A DNA stretch of 63,840 nt, the filler included, from Chiloscyllium plagiosum (taxonomy: Eukaryota): the NCBI RefSeq assembly GCF_004010195.1. It is 5 parts of one record of this genome, joined end to end, with 100 filler letters (N's around TTAATTAATTAA, not from the genome) between each part and the next. Parts side by side here need not be neighbours in the genome. Positions count along the whole stretch, not along the records: positions 1 to 24,204 come from NC_057717.1; 4 more parts are not named here. The stretch is one strand, 5' to 3'. Positions 12,660 to 24,260 of this stretch are shown in pieces. The notes beneath the pieces were generated by a model. That model did not search any database, was not told where the DNA came from, and was given only the letters and a program-made list of their open reading frames with translations. Position 1 is the first letter of the stretch, and every line of letters begins with the position of its first letter. The position numbers and the translations under genes are program-made.

Positions 12660-12990
12660 GATTCGTTGGTTAGCACTGCTGCCTTACAGCATGAAGGACC
12701 TGGATTCGATTCCAGCCTCAGGCTACCGTTTAGAGTTCGCATATTCTCCCTGTGTCTGCATGGGTTTTTTTCGGGTTGCTCCAGTTTCCTACTACAGTCC
12801 AAAGGTATGCAGGTTAGATAATTTGGATATGCTAAATTGTACCTCGTTCTCCAGAATGTGTTGGTCAGGAGCAGTGCAAAGTAATAGGGAAGGGAAATTG
12901 CTGTGGGTGGAATACTCCTTAGAGGTTGCGTGTGAACTTGTTGGGCCTAATGACCTGTTTCCACACTGTAGGGATGGTATGATTCTATTT
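12660..12990 (+). mobile_element. HE1-like SINE
   Basis: TGGTTAGCACTGCTGCCTTACAGC..GGATTCGATTCCAGCC..CCTGTTTCCACACTGTAGGGAT..GATTCTAT. Paralogue at ~32455-32780. Confidence 0.85.
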
Positions 12991-14135
12991 CATAACGTCG
13001 ATACTTTAACAGCGTAAGGCATGGTACAACTCAGCAGCTTGCTAGTAAAATGGTGAATGGTTGATTCACGCTGCTTATCTGTGTCAAAGTTAACTGGCAA
13101 GTGTTCATCTCAATTGGAATTGCCGACTATGCAAATTTAATTGAAACAGAATCATGGCTGGAAAATACCTCCAGGGAAAATGCATCACCAAATTCAACAT
13201 TTCTCTTCATGGCAAGTTGCTGACTCCGCCTATCTCAAATGTCTGATTACATGAATCTGCTGCAAGAACACAGGGATACATATTTCCAAACTGCTCCTCT
13301 TAACTCTGTAGCTTAAGCGTTACATTTTTGTGAAGGTTTTCTCACCTCCCAGTAAGTGTTGGCCTTCTAACAATTGAGTTTGACAAAGTTTATTTGAACA
13401 GTTCATTAAACTATTTGGATGTTTTGAAGTGGGGGAGGAGAGCAACCCTCTGATCCATTGGGACAGTGAAGGACTGACTGAAGGAATACCTATCCAATTG
13501 TGATGTTTAGTACCTTGGAAGCGAACATGCAGATAATGATTTTCCCATTCGTTTACTTCCTTTGTCTTTAGGACGATAGTAGTACTAGAGTTTCGAACAT
13601 CTGCAGGTTCGACGTGGACGCCCGCAAGTGATTGGGAGAAGGCAGTAGTGGTGCAGGGCGTTTGAGTAAAGTGAAAGGCAATCATGACTGGAGGGCGTGA
13701 GGCTGTAAGTGAGAGAGGAAGTGGTGATGGAAGGCTCACTGTTGGCATTAATGGGTCAGCCTATACTGGCCACTGTTTACACTGACTTACACAACACTAC
13801 TGATCAATTCACCACAATGATACTGTTCTCTTGGCGTTGTATTCGCTCTGTGCATATTAACGTGGTTAATGGGCCCCGAGAGGATGAACGTATCTTCTTT
13901 ATCCTGTCGGCTTTAACAGATGAATATATCAGTTTGAAATGAACGCAATACGAGATTGGCTCTTTCTGTGCATTTGCACGGGAGAATGTACAGGTGTGAA
14001 CGTTTATTTTCTGTATCAGCGGAGGTTAGTTTAAATTCTTATGGAGCAACTTTCATAAAGTAACAAATGTCCAAGTTACTGTGACTGAACAGCTAATTAA
14101 ATACACATATGGATATGAACAGCATCGTCTGCGCT

Positions 14136-14208
14136 GACACCGTTGATGAATTAGTTAGGGCGTCTGGTAAGAACGAGATTAGTATGGTGTCAAATCCTGG
14201 CGTTGCAT
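14136..14208 (+). pseudogene. Highly degenerate tRNA-Thr-like relic
   Basis: GACACCGTTGATGAATTAGTTAGGGCGTCTGG..AAATCCTGGCGTTGCAT aligns by eye with vertebrate tRNA-Thr GGCGCCGTGGCTTAGTTGGTTAAAGCGCCTG..AATCCCAGCGGTGCCT. Confidence 0.5.
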
Positions 14209-15413
14209 GTCCTGTGCATTGAAGGATCGTTGCTTAAACTTCTTTAAAATGCTGTATTGTTGATCCACCATACCGAAAGAACATTCTTTTTGTGTTTGAG
14301 CTCAGCGCATTTTTATTTCGTGTTACCATGTCCTGCCGCCTGCTGTGGCCCCATCAGTCAATATAGATCCTGCTCATTCAACGGAAAGATTCTGTACTAT
14401 GTTCCACAAGGACGTTTCAGTTAACGGTCGAATGCGCTGAAACTTCCAACCTAACAAATTCGACGATCCTCTGAAGCAGTCCGTGACTGAATTCGAAATT
14501 CAATATGCCATTCCCTGAACGACTACTGTCCTCTATCAGTTTTACTTTTCCAAATGAAAGACTGAACCATTCATTATGGAGACATTTTAACAGTCTGATA
14601 CCCCCAAGACAGATACACCCATGCCAGTGGGAACCAGGTCACCTCCATCAGGGATAATCTCCCTTTTTGCCTCTCAGTGCCTTGTGTGTTCCAGAGATTT
14701 TCATTGTCGCAGAGTCCAGATGAAGTTTCTATTCCCCAAGTACAGGGGGAATGTTTTCAATGTCTCAGACCAGTTCCTGTCCCGACAACATCAGAGTCAA
14801 TAGTCAGGCCTCTGATCGGTCCGACAGTTCACGCTTCTGCATTCTCCTCTGTTTCCACTTCCCAAAGAGTTTCTCAAGATTCCCAAAGCTGGTGCCTGGA
14901 TTGTTTTGGCTCCTTAACATTTTTCCAACTGCCAACTGACAATATTTTCACACTAAAGCTTCGGAAACCTCTGGTCTGCACCATGTCCAGTGATGAGAAG
15001 TCCCGTTTGGTGGAGAGATTCCCGAGGCTGGTGAGTTTCACTTTGGAACAAAGATGGTTCAGTGGCAATTTCCGGCGGTTGTTTGTAATGATGGGAGAGG
15101 GAGCGGTGGGGAATGAGCACTTTGACGAGCAGGAGGAAGTGTTGCCACTGACCCGAGTCAGAGAACAGAAGATAGGGATTAAAGGAATCTAATGAAAAAC
15201 AGCACTTCTGCTCAGGATGTTCAATAACAACTGCAGAAACCCGATGTGTCGAGCAGTGTATCTGGAAAGAGAAACAGAGATAATGTTTTAAATATAGAAC
15301 ATTTCTGATGAAGAACTCGAGTTTCCAAAGTCTAATTAAATTACCGTCCTGGTTTGCAAAATAGGTTTTTTGAACTTTGAGCGAAAATTCGCCCAGCAGC
15401 AAGTCATTCATAG

Positions 15414-15494
15414 CAGAGTTATCTGGATTCGGAACTACGTGGGAAACCTGAATGGATTTTTAACCTATCACCTTAACCACTCGGCCATGAGTAC
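15414..15494 (-). pseudogene. tRNA-Ser(AGA)-derived pseudogene (anticodon now AAA)
   Basis: Same flanks as the 2850-2931 gene. A box TGGCCGAGTGGTTAAGG retained; B box and stems disrupted. Confidence 0.85.
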
Positions 15495-18400
15495 TGACTA
15501 AAAAGCAGAGTTGAGCATTAACCAAATCAGCCGTGATCTCATTGAAAGCTGTCGCTGACTTGATGGGCTAAATGCTTCCATCTCCTCTCCTATCTCTGCT
15601 GTCAATTGTAAGGTGCGAGACACCCATGTAAAAGAAGAAAAGCACAAAGTTAGGAAAAGATATTTGCAGCCAAATTGAGTTAAAGTTGTTGTTTGAAAGG
15701 AAAATCACACTTGGCAATTTGCTAGATCTCTTTGCAAACATGACCAGCAGAGGTAAGCAAGGGAGCTATTGATCTGAGTATTCTTGGACCTGAAGCACAA
15801 CAGAAATGCGTCTCTTGGGTACTATTTTGGACGTATTTCTCAATGAGCTGTCATGTTTTACATATGTTCCATCGGGAATTACCTCACACAAGAAAGTGAA
15901 CAGTGCTGCAGACGGTCATATAATCCGAGTTCCAAGTCTTGGAGTCAGAGATACTCAGTGCCCTGTGTGTACCTGCAAGGAACAGCTGTGCATGGGGTTT
16001 ACGGGGTAACAGAACTGCATGAATGCAGCTCGATGGTCGTCTGTCTGCTTCTCCTCTATAGTTTTCTGCCCAGTCCCTGCGTGCAATCTTGTCAACTATG
16101 TTTGTCCGGCACAAGATGGGCATTGGTCACTTGTCTCTGAGAGAGGCTGTTGGTTTATTTGTTGTCATAATTCCGAGTGTAAGGAGGAATCTGGTTGTCA
16201 GTTCCCAGAAACTTACTTTAATAAATGGAAACGTGCTTTTTAACTTGCCGCGTGGCATATCCTCATTGCGTAGTTCGTGCACTGCGAATCACGTTGCGGG
16301 ACAATCCAATTTTGGCAAAGAATTTGTGTGGCAGTCACGAGTTGCCACGACCAGCTATCCCTAGTTGCAATACGGACAAATGGCAAGAACTGCAAATTCG
16401 ATTAGAGCAGCACAAGTTTAATGTGACAGGGCAAACAGAAGGCAGCCAGAAGATTTCTGGGTGTAGGGCAATCACCCAAGGTACCTTTTCATATGAAAGT
16501 CTGTGCATCAGTAGAATCTGTAACCCAAGTAGTCTATGTTGGTTATTCATATTCCAGACAACTTGTGTTGTTCCCCGTTTACTCTGAAAGTGCATAGACA
16601 TAGTTATTTCACCGTTATTTCGAAAGAAGATCTTGCATTGAATCTGTTCGCCGTTTTTTGATGCTGTGGCGAAAAATCGCGATGTGAAACGTTGCTATAC
16701 CTTCATTTCCTTCATTACTGTCCTGGTGAGGGAGAAAGATGATTGGCTCTCTCGATCAGATGGGGGCACCGGCGTATTGATGGCCTAATTTAATCACGGA
16801 TATAATTGGAAATGTTCACTTTTAATGGTTCGTTGTTGTTCTTTTTTTTATATGATCATGGTACTGCCTTTTCAGTTTTAATTCTGTTCCACGTTAAGAG
16901 CTGTCAGTTTTTGGATTCGCTGGAGAGCAAAGTGGGTAATGCGATTTGGGAGGTATTTTTCTTCAGCCAAAATCTTTGATGGCGAACTTGGGAAAGTGTC
17001 AAGAAGAATGGTCATTGGAAGCAACTGTCCGGAAAACCTTCATCTCTGGATCGGTTGGGCCCAGCCACCCTCCAAACAAAATAGCCAAACTCGCTGACTC
17101 AGTAACAAACATCATACGTTTGTTTGCAAATGGTGTATTCAAACCGTTGCCGGTGGCTGGAGCATCTCAAAGTTGTCGAGCATGGAAACAACTCCCGCGA
17201 TCCAACTTGCCTTTGCTGAATAGATAACCGAAATTAATCCATACATATCTGCCAATATTTGTGCCTTATCTCTCCGAGGTCTTCCTGTCTATACACCCAT
17301 TCAGATGTCTTTGGAATGTTGTGAGTGCACAAAATGTGCCACTAAATGTGGCAATTCATTCCACACAAACACAAGTTCTGTGTGAAAAACATGTGTCCCT
17401 CACATCCCTTTTAAATGTTTCCTCTCTCGCATTAAACGTTTGCTATGTAGTTTTGAACTCGCGTGTCTTGTGAAAAAGTGCTCCCTGACTATTTACTTTA
17501 CCTGTCTTCCTCATGATTTTATAAGCTTCTGTGAGGCCATATCTAAGCACTGAAGTTCCTGGAAATCTGGCGAAACCTATTCAGTTTCGTTCTCATGTCC
17601 AAGCAGTGCAAACCTTGCAAATCCTTGTAAAGGTTTTCTAAACTTACACTTGCAAGAAGTGTGTCCAGCTGCAGCACTTGNNNNNNNNNNNNNNNNNNNN
17701 NNNNNNNNNNNNNNNNNNNNNNNNNNNNNNNNNNNNNNNNNNNNNNNNNNNNNNNNNNNNNNNNNNNNNNNNNNNNNNNNNNNNNNNNNNNNNNNNNNNN
17801 NNNNNNNNNNNNNNNNNNNNNNNNNNNNNNNNNNNNNNNNNNNNNNNNNNNNNNNNNNNNNNNNNNNNNNNNNNNNNNNNNNNNNNNNNNNNNNNNNNNN
17901 NNNNNNNNNNNNNNNNNNNNNNNNNNNNNNNNNNNNNNNNNNNNNNNNNNNNNNNNNNNNNNNNNNNNNNNNNNNNNNNNNNNNNNNNNNNNNNNNNNNN
18001 NNNNNNNNNNNNNNNNNNNNNNNNNNNNNNNNNNNNNNNNNNNNNNNNNNNNNNNNNNNNNNNNNNNNNNNNNNNNNNNNNNNNNNNNNNNNNNNNNNNN
18101 NNNNNNNNNNNNNNNNNNNNNNNNNNNNNNNNNNNNNNNNNNNNNNNNNNNNNNNNNNNNNNNNNNNNNNNNNNNNNNNNNNNNNNNNNNNNNNNNNNNN
18201 NNNNNNNNNNNNNNNNNNNNNNNNNNNNNNNNNNNNNNNNNNNNNNNNNNNNNNNNNNNNNNNNNNNNNNNNNNNNNNNNNNNNNNNNNNNNNNNNNNNN
18301 NNNNNNNNNNNNNNNNNNNNNNNNNNNNNNNNNNNNNNNNNNNNNNNNNNNNNNNNNNNNNNNNNNNNNNNNNNNNNNNNNNNNNNNNNNNNNNNNNNNN

Positions 18401-18574
18401 NNNNNNNNNNNNNNNNNNNNNNNNNNNNNNNNNNNNNNNNNNNNNNNNNNNNNNNNNNNNNNNNNNNNNNNNNNNNNNNNNNNNNNNNNNNNNNNNNNNN
18501 NNNNNNNNNNNNNNNNNNNNNNNNNNNNNNNNNNNNNNNNNNNNNNNNNNNNNNNNNNNNNNNNNNNNNNNNNN

Positions 18575-18697
18575 GTGCTGCAGGGCGGGTTTCAGATTTG
18601 TTGGACAATGTGGGACTATAAGAAAATTGACGATCTACATCTGAACCAGGCGGGAACGAATGTCCTTTCGGGAGAATTTGCTGCTGCTGTTGCGGAG
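18575..18697 (+). mobile_element. CR1 ORF1 SGNH-esterase fragment (island between N gaps)
   Basis: Translates DDLHLNQAGTNVLSGEFAAAV, matching the DGLHLNxxGTxxL motif of CR1 ORF1 esterases. Confidence 0.7.
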
Positions 18698-20444
18698 NNN
18701 NNNNNNNNNNNNNNNNNNNNNNNNNNNNNNNNNNNNNNNNNNNNNNNNNNNNNNNNNNNNNNNNNNNNNNNNNNNNNNNNNNNNNNNNNNNNNNNNNNNN
18801 NNNNNNNNNNNNNNNNNNNNNNNNNNNNNNNNNNNNNNNNNNNNNNNNNNNNNNNNNNNNNNNNNNNNNNNNNNNNNNNNNNNNNNNNNNNNNNNNNNNN
18901 NNNNNNNNNNNNNNNNNNNNNNNNNNNNNNNNNNNNNNNNNNNNNNNNNNNNNNNNNNNNNNNNNNNNNNNNNNNNNNNNNNNNNNNNNNNNNNNNNNNN
19001 NNNNNNNNNNNNNNNNNNNNNNNNNNNNNNNNNNNNNNNNNNNNNNNNNNNNNNNNNNNNNNNNNNNNNNNNNNNNNNNNNNNNNNNNNNNNNNNNNNNN
19101 NNNNNNNNNNNNNNNNNNNNNNNNNNNNNNNNNNNNNNNNNNNNNNNNNNNNNNNNNNNNNNNNNNNNNNNNNNNNNNNNNNNNNNNNNNNNNNNNNTCC
19201 AAATAAGTGTAAGTAATGATTAGAAGACTCAGAAATATGGGGCTGCATGGCAGGACGAGTCGTGAAGGCAGGGGTGTCTGGGATACAACCGGAGACGTTA
19301 ATCTTAACCAAGGATGTTAAGTTGACCTTTACATCCCCGTTTGGTAACCAGGACGACTATAAATAAGGCAATAAATGTTTACGCAGAGATTCTTGTGTAC
19401 CCAGTTACTGGCACTGAGTAGTATCCACCACGGCTACAGGTACACCTGACACGGGATATCGGTTTCCTGTTATCAAAGAAGGAAGTGCCATGGCAAGGGT
19501 AATAATAACCAAGATTCAGGAGAGTGATTAGGAAGCCTGGTGGTGTGGAACAGATAGACCCTTCTCCGGTATCTATAGACAGGTGAATATAGTGGTACAG
19601 CCTCGCACCCACCCCGCCCGAGATGCAGTGCAGAAGGTCCTCGAAGAAATAGTAGCTCCTGGATGAATGTCCAATGACCCGCACTGCAGATGAGCGGAAA
19701 GGCCTTTTCCAATCTGACAGAAATGGAAGAAAGAAAGAAACTGAATGTGCAGCTAAAATGATCACAAACGAAAAAAGTAAAAGTGGATTCATTGAGAAAA
19801 TTTACAGCGCCATATTACACTTTCCGTGGAAGTCTACTGTTAAGGACTCAGTGCTCTCACTGCTGTAGCAATGGGGGATTTCCTCTGACCATTTACGTTG
19901 TTGACAACCTTCCCAAAGCAGGGTAGATTGTATGGAACTGGCAATTAATCGAGTATTGTCACAAACACGATTCAGACTAGCATAAAACAAAGAAGTACGA
20001 ATCCTGGAAATCTGAATCAACAACAGGAATTGACAGAGAAATTCTGCAGGCCTGACAGCATCTGTGGAGACAAAGAGATTTAATGTTTCATATCACAGAT
20101 TCAGGCTACTTATGCTTTTTATTGTTTTATTGCCTGGGTAACTGTCAATTTCACTTCACGAAACAGCATACTTACCAGAATCTCTCATTAGCTGACAGGC
20201 GTCATCTGTAAAAATGCAAAATTCCTTTATAAGCTGTAATGCTGTTGCTGTTGCCCTGAGTTGGTGAAAGGCTGGCCTTCATTACCTTTTTCTTCTCCTT
20301 TATGTCGATGAGCTGCCATGGTGAATGGAGAATTTCTGTTTGCCTTCCTTTGTCTCTCTGTACCATCTCACTCTCTTCTACATTGGTGATCAGGTGACAT
20401 TTGTTCACACAAAACGTTATGAGCTTTTACAATTCTAAATAGTA

Positions 20445-20536
20445 TTCAGGAAGGGCTTATGCCCGAAACGTCGATTCTCCTGTTCCCTGGATGCTGCCTG
20501 ACCTGCTGCGCTTTTCCAGCAACACATTTTCAGCTT
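20445..20536 (+). repeat. PLE-3'-derived short repeat with damaged hammerhead core
   Basis: AAGGGCTTATGCCCGAAACGTCGATTCTCC..GATGCTGCCTGACCTGCTGCGCTTTTCCAGC. Stem II and GAAACGTC present; CTGANGA core lost. Confidence 0.7.
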
Positions 20537-23500
20537 TTACCGACATTAAACCACTCGGCGACGTTCCTTGACGATAACTAAGCTTCAAACCTGTCAAGAC
20601 GAATGTTTCAGCATCGCTTCACTTCAGGCAATTTCCCCTGGCACTTTCTATGAATACCTTCGCATAATTAAAAAATATTTACAACGATTTGAAAGGTTTG
20701 CACGGTGTGGACATTAGTGAGAAGCTGAATATTTGAGATAAGGGATAAATATTGGCAAATATGTTTAGATTAGTTATGGTCATCTGTTCAGCAGGTGCAA
20801 GTTGGATAGGAAGGTTTACTTTCGTGCTCGGCAATTCTGTGACACTCCCGTACCTGACAACAGTTTGAATAGACCCTGCAAAAACGCATGCTGTTTGTTA
20901 CTAAGTCAGCGTGTTTGAATTTTATTTTTTCTTGAGGCGTAATGTTTTGAAATGACACAGAGAGGAATGTTTTCCAGACATTTACAGATAATGACCATTC
21001 TCCTTGATACATTCCCAAGTTCTCCATCAAATAATTTCGTTGACTAAAACAAACCTCACAAATTGTGTTATAGCCCTCAACTCTCCAGTGAATCCAAAAA
21101 CTGACAGCTCTTAACGTCGACCAGGTGCAAAACTCAAAAGGCAGAGTCATTATCAGACACACAAACTCATTACTTCTGTCTGTGAGGCAGTGCGAGACGT
21201 GTATGTCAAGAACTGCTCACGCAAATAGCACCGAAGCAATTCCAAACGGAGTTTCTCGACATTCTGGAGATTTAGTGCACGGCCAAGTAACAGAAAGTAC
21301 TCAAGTAACATAAAACAAAACAGAAAAATGTACCATGCAAAGTGAATATTACCAATTATATTCTCGATTAAATTAGGTCACCAATGCGCTGGTGCCTCCA
21401 TCTGATCGAGAGACCCAATCTCCAGCCTCCCTCACCAGGACAGTAATGAAGGAAATGAGAGAAATATAACAAAGTTTCACGTTGCGATTGCCCACCTTTT
21501 AGCCACAACAACAAAAAACGAGGGAGCAGATTCAGTGCAGGATCTGGCTTCACAACAGCGGTGAAATAACGACGTCCACTCACTTTCAGGGAGAACTGTG
21601 AACAACTCACATTGTCCAGAATATGAATATACAGCGCAGGCTGTTTAGTTCCCATATTCTACTGCTGCCCCGACATTCATACAAAAATGTATCTTTCAAA
21701 GAGAGCGTTTGTAGCTGTGGAATGACAGTGGCAGCTGTTTTCCCTCGGTCTTACTGCCGCCCTTGGTAGTGTATGGGCTGGTATTCTCATCTTCCACGCG
21801 GTCGTTGAGTGTGCAATTCTCTGTTGTGGAAAAGCGGAGTGTTTGGAGCAGAAAGATGTGAAGTTCGGATGCTTCTGGAGTTCTTGTTGAAAAGTTCGGT
21901 GACGCGAGGAATGGTTTGCAGACTTTTCCTCGCCTGTCTGGGTGACATTCTGAGCGCTGCAGAGGTTCCTGTGAAGCGCTGCTCTCATGTTTTGGTAAGA
22001 ATTCATTTTGTTTCATTCCCGCTGCTTCCGTTTGTTGGGATTGCAGATTGGGTCCAACGGATGGAATCTGTGGATGAGAGTCCTGCTTCTAGGAATTGTC
22101 TGGCTGTCTTCTGCTTGCCCTGTCCTATTATTGTTGTGCTATTCTAGTCGAATGTGTGGCCCTTGCCGTTTGTACGTATTGCTACTAGGGACTGCTGGAC
22201 TGACGCCCACACAAATTCTTTGCCAAGAACCAATATCCACGCACCTTCATTCGCAAATGCATGGCACACAAAGTTCGCAACGAGGATAAGCTTTGAGGTA
22301 ATTTTTAAATCATTCTTCCCTGTATTAAAAACAAATTCTGGAAAACGATATCCAGACTCCTCCGAACACTCGGACTTATGACAGAACAGAAACCGAGAGT
22401 CTCACTCAGACAACAACTCACGAGAAAACAAGGCCTAATACGCATCATGTGCAGGTCAAACGTGGTTGACGAGATTCCACGCTGGGACTGCACGAAACAC
22501 GACATGGGAGAAGGAGGCTGACAACTAGAGAGCTGCATTCATAATTTCATCTGGACTGTAAACGCCTCGGACAGCTGTTCCTTGCAGTTATGCACAAACT
22601 ATTGAATGTCCCTGATTCCAGGGCTTGGAACCCGGATGATATGACCGTCTGCAACGCTGGTTACTTCCTTGTGTGAGGTAACTCCTGATTGAACACATGT
22701 AACACTCTATTGCTCATTGAGAAATATATCCAAAATAGGAGCTCATAGCAGATTTCTGTTGTCTTTCTGGTGCTTTCCCTGACATGCCTGTGGCACTGCA
22801 CTTATTCTGTGTTTCCTGAGGGTTCGGCACATGCTTCCACAATCGTATTATGGGCAGTAATCTGCATTTTCGCTTCAATAACGGGTGTGTGAACAAGAGG
22901 TCCACCATTCTCGATGCGATTTTTCTCTTCGTATGCCCAACTCCAATACAGTAAAGGATCAATTAATATTGTAGAATGATATTCAGAGGCCTGTGAAATA
23001 TCGAAGTTTTAATGACATTTATGCAATGGTTAGAGATTACCTTGACTCAGGAAATAAGGATGTAAAGTCTGTTTTGGCTGGAGTTGAGGAACAGTGAGGA
23101 ATGAACTCACAAGCATGTGTAGTTTACAAGCCCACTCGCAGTAACCACAAAGGGAAATAAATCGTACAAGGAAAACAATATTATGTGTGAGTGGCAAAAA
23201 TGGCAATAGTCATGCGTGACCTTAACTTCCCATCTAAAACTCTCGGTTCCATTGTAAAAACGTTTGGAGAACCATAATCAAAAAATCCCACATGTCCCAT
23301 AAAACATTACGACGGGTATCTTGGTAATTGATTACTCGACTGGTGACTTAATTTTCCTATTTTCTTGGAAACCATCTCTTTAATTCTGAGCATCAGAAAA
23401 GGCTTTCTTTTGCCAGCAAGAAATAAATATGTTCGTTTCATGTATAAGAACACTGAGACTCCTCTGCACTGCACATCTTTTGCGTTTCTATTGATTTTAA

Positions 23501-24248
23501 TAGTAGCGTGTCTTTTGATTCTTCCCAACAAAGTGTATGACCTCGCATTCCCTACATGAAACTGCATCTGCCAAGAATACTCCAATTGTTGGACGGAATC
23601 CTGAGGAACAGAATGTACATGTATTTGGAAAGACAAGGACTGATTCGGGACAGTTAACATGGCTTTGTGCGTGGGAAATCATGTCTCACAAATTTGAGTT
23701 TTTTTGAAGAAGTAATAAAGAAGATTGATGAGGGCAGAGCAGTAAATGTGATCTATATGGACTTAAGTAAGGCGTTCAACAATTTTCCCCATGGGAGACT
23801 GATTGGCAAGGTTAGATCTCATGTAACAGCAGTGGACCTAACACCGACCCTTGTGGTACGCCGCCAGTACCTGGACACCAAAAAGAACATGTTCCATCAT
23901 CTACAACAATGTTTTCTATTGGCAAGCCAATTACTGATCAAAGCTGCAATCTCTCCCACAATTCCATTCCACCGCATTTTATATAATAGCCTATTTTGTG
24001 GAAACTTATCGAACAACTTTCTGTAACCCATATACACCACATCAACCGGTTTACTGTCATCTCCCTGTTTGGTCACTTTGTCAAAAAAGTCAATAAGATT
24101 CGTTAGGCAAGGCCGACCCATCACAAAACCGTGCTGACTGTCCCTGATCAGATTATTCTCTACTAGATGGTCATAAATCCTATCTATAATAACCTTTTCC
24201 AACANNNNNNNNNNNNNNNNNNNNNNNNNNNNNNNNNNNNNNNNNNNN

Positions 24249-24260
24249 TTAATTAATTAA
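24249..24260. other. Artificial assembly linker TTAATTAATTAA in a 44N+12+44N gap (also 38258-38269, 51103-51114, 59830-59841)
   Basis: The identical palindromic six-frame-stop 12-mer is centred in four gaps of exactly 100 bp. Confidence 0.95.

Noticed and set aside
8975..19311. Long ORFs containing X runs (also near 35.3-36.0 kb and 46.6-47.5 kb)
   Set aside because: These are artefacts of translating N gaps.
19208..19475. Possible solo LTR (TG start, TATAAA, AATAAA, CA end)
   Set aside because: No convincing terminal inverted repeat, target-site duplication or PBS, and it sits next to a gap.
20540..20572. A-box-like tRNA-Leu/Ser 5' fragment on the minus strand (GCCGAGTGGTTTAA)
   Set aside because: Only ~14 nt of good match, with no remaining tRNA body.
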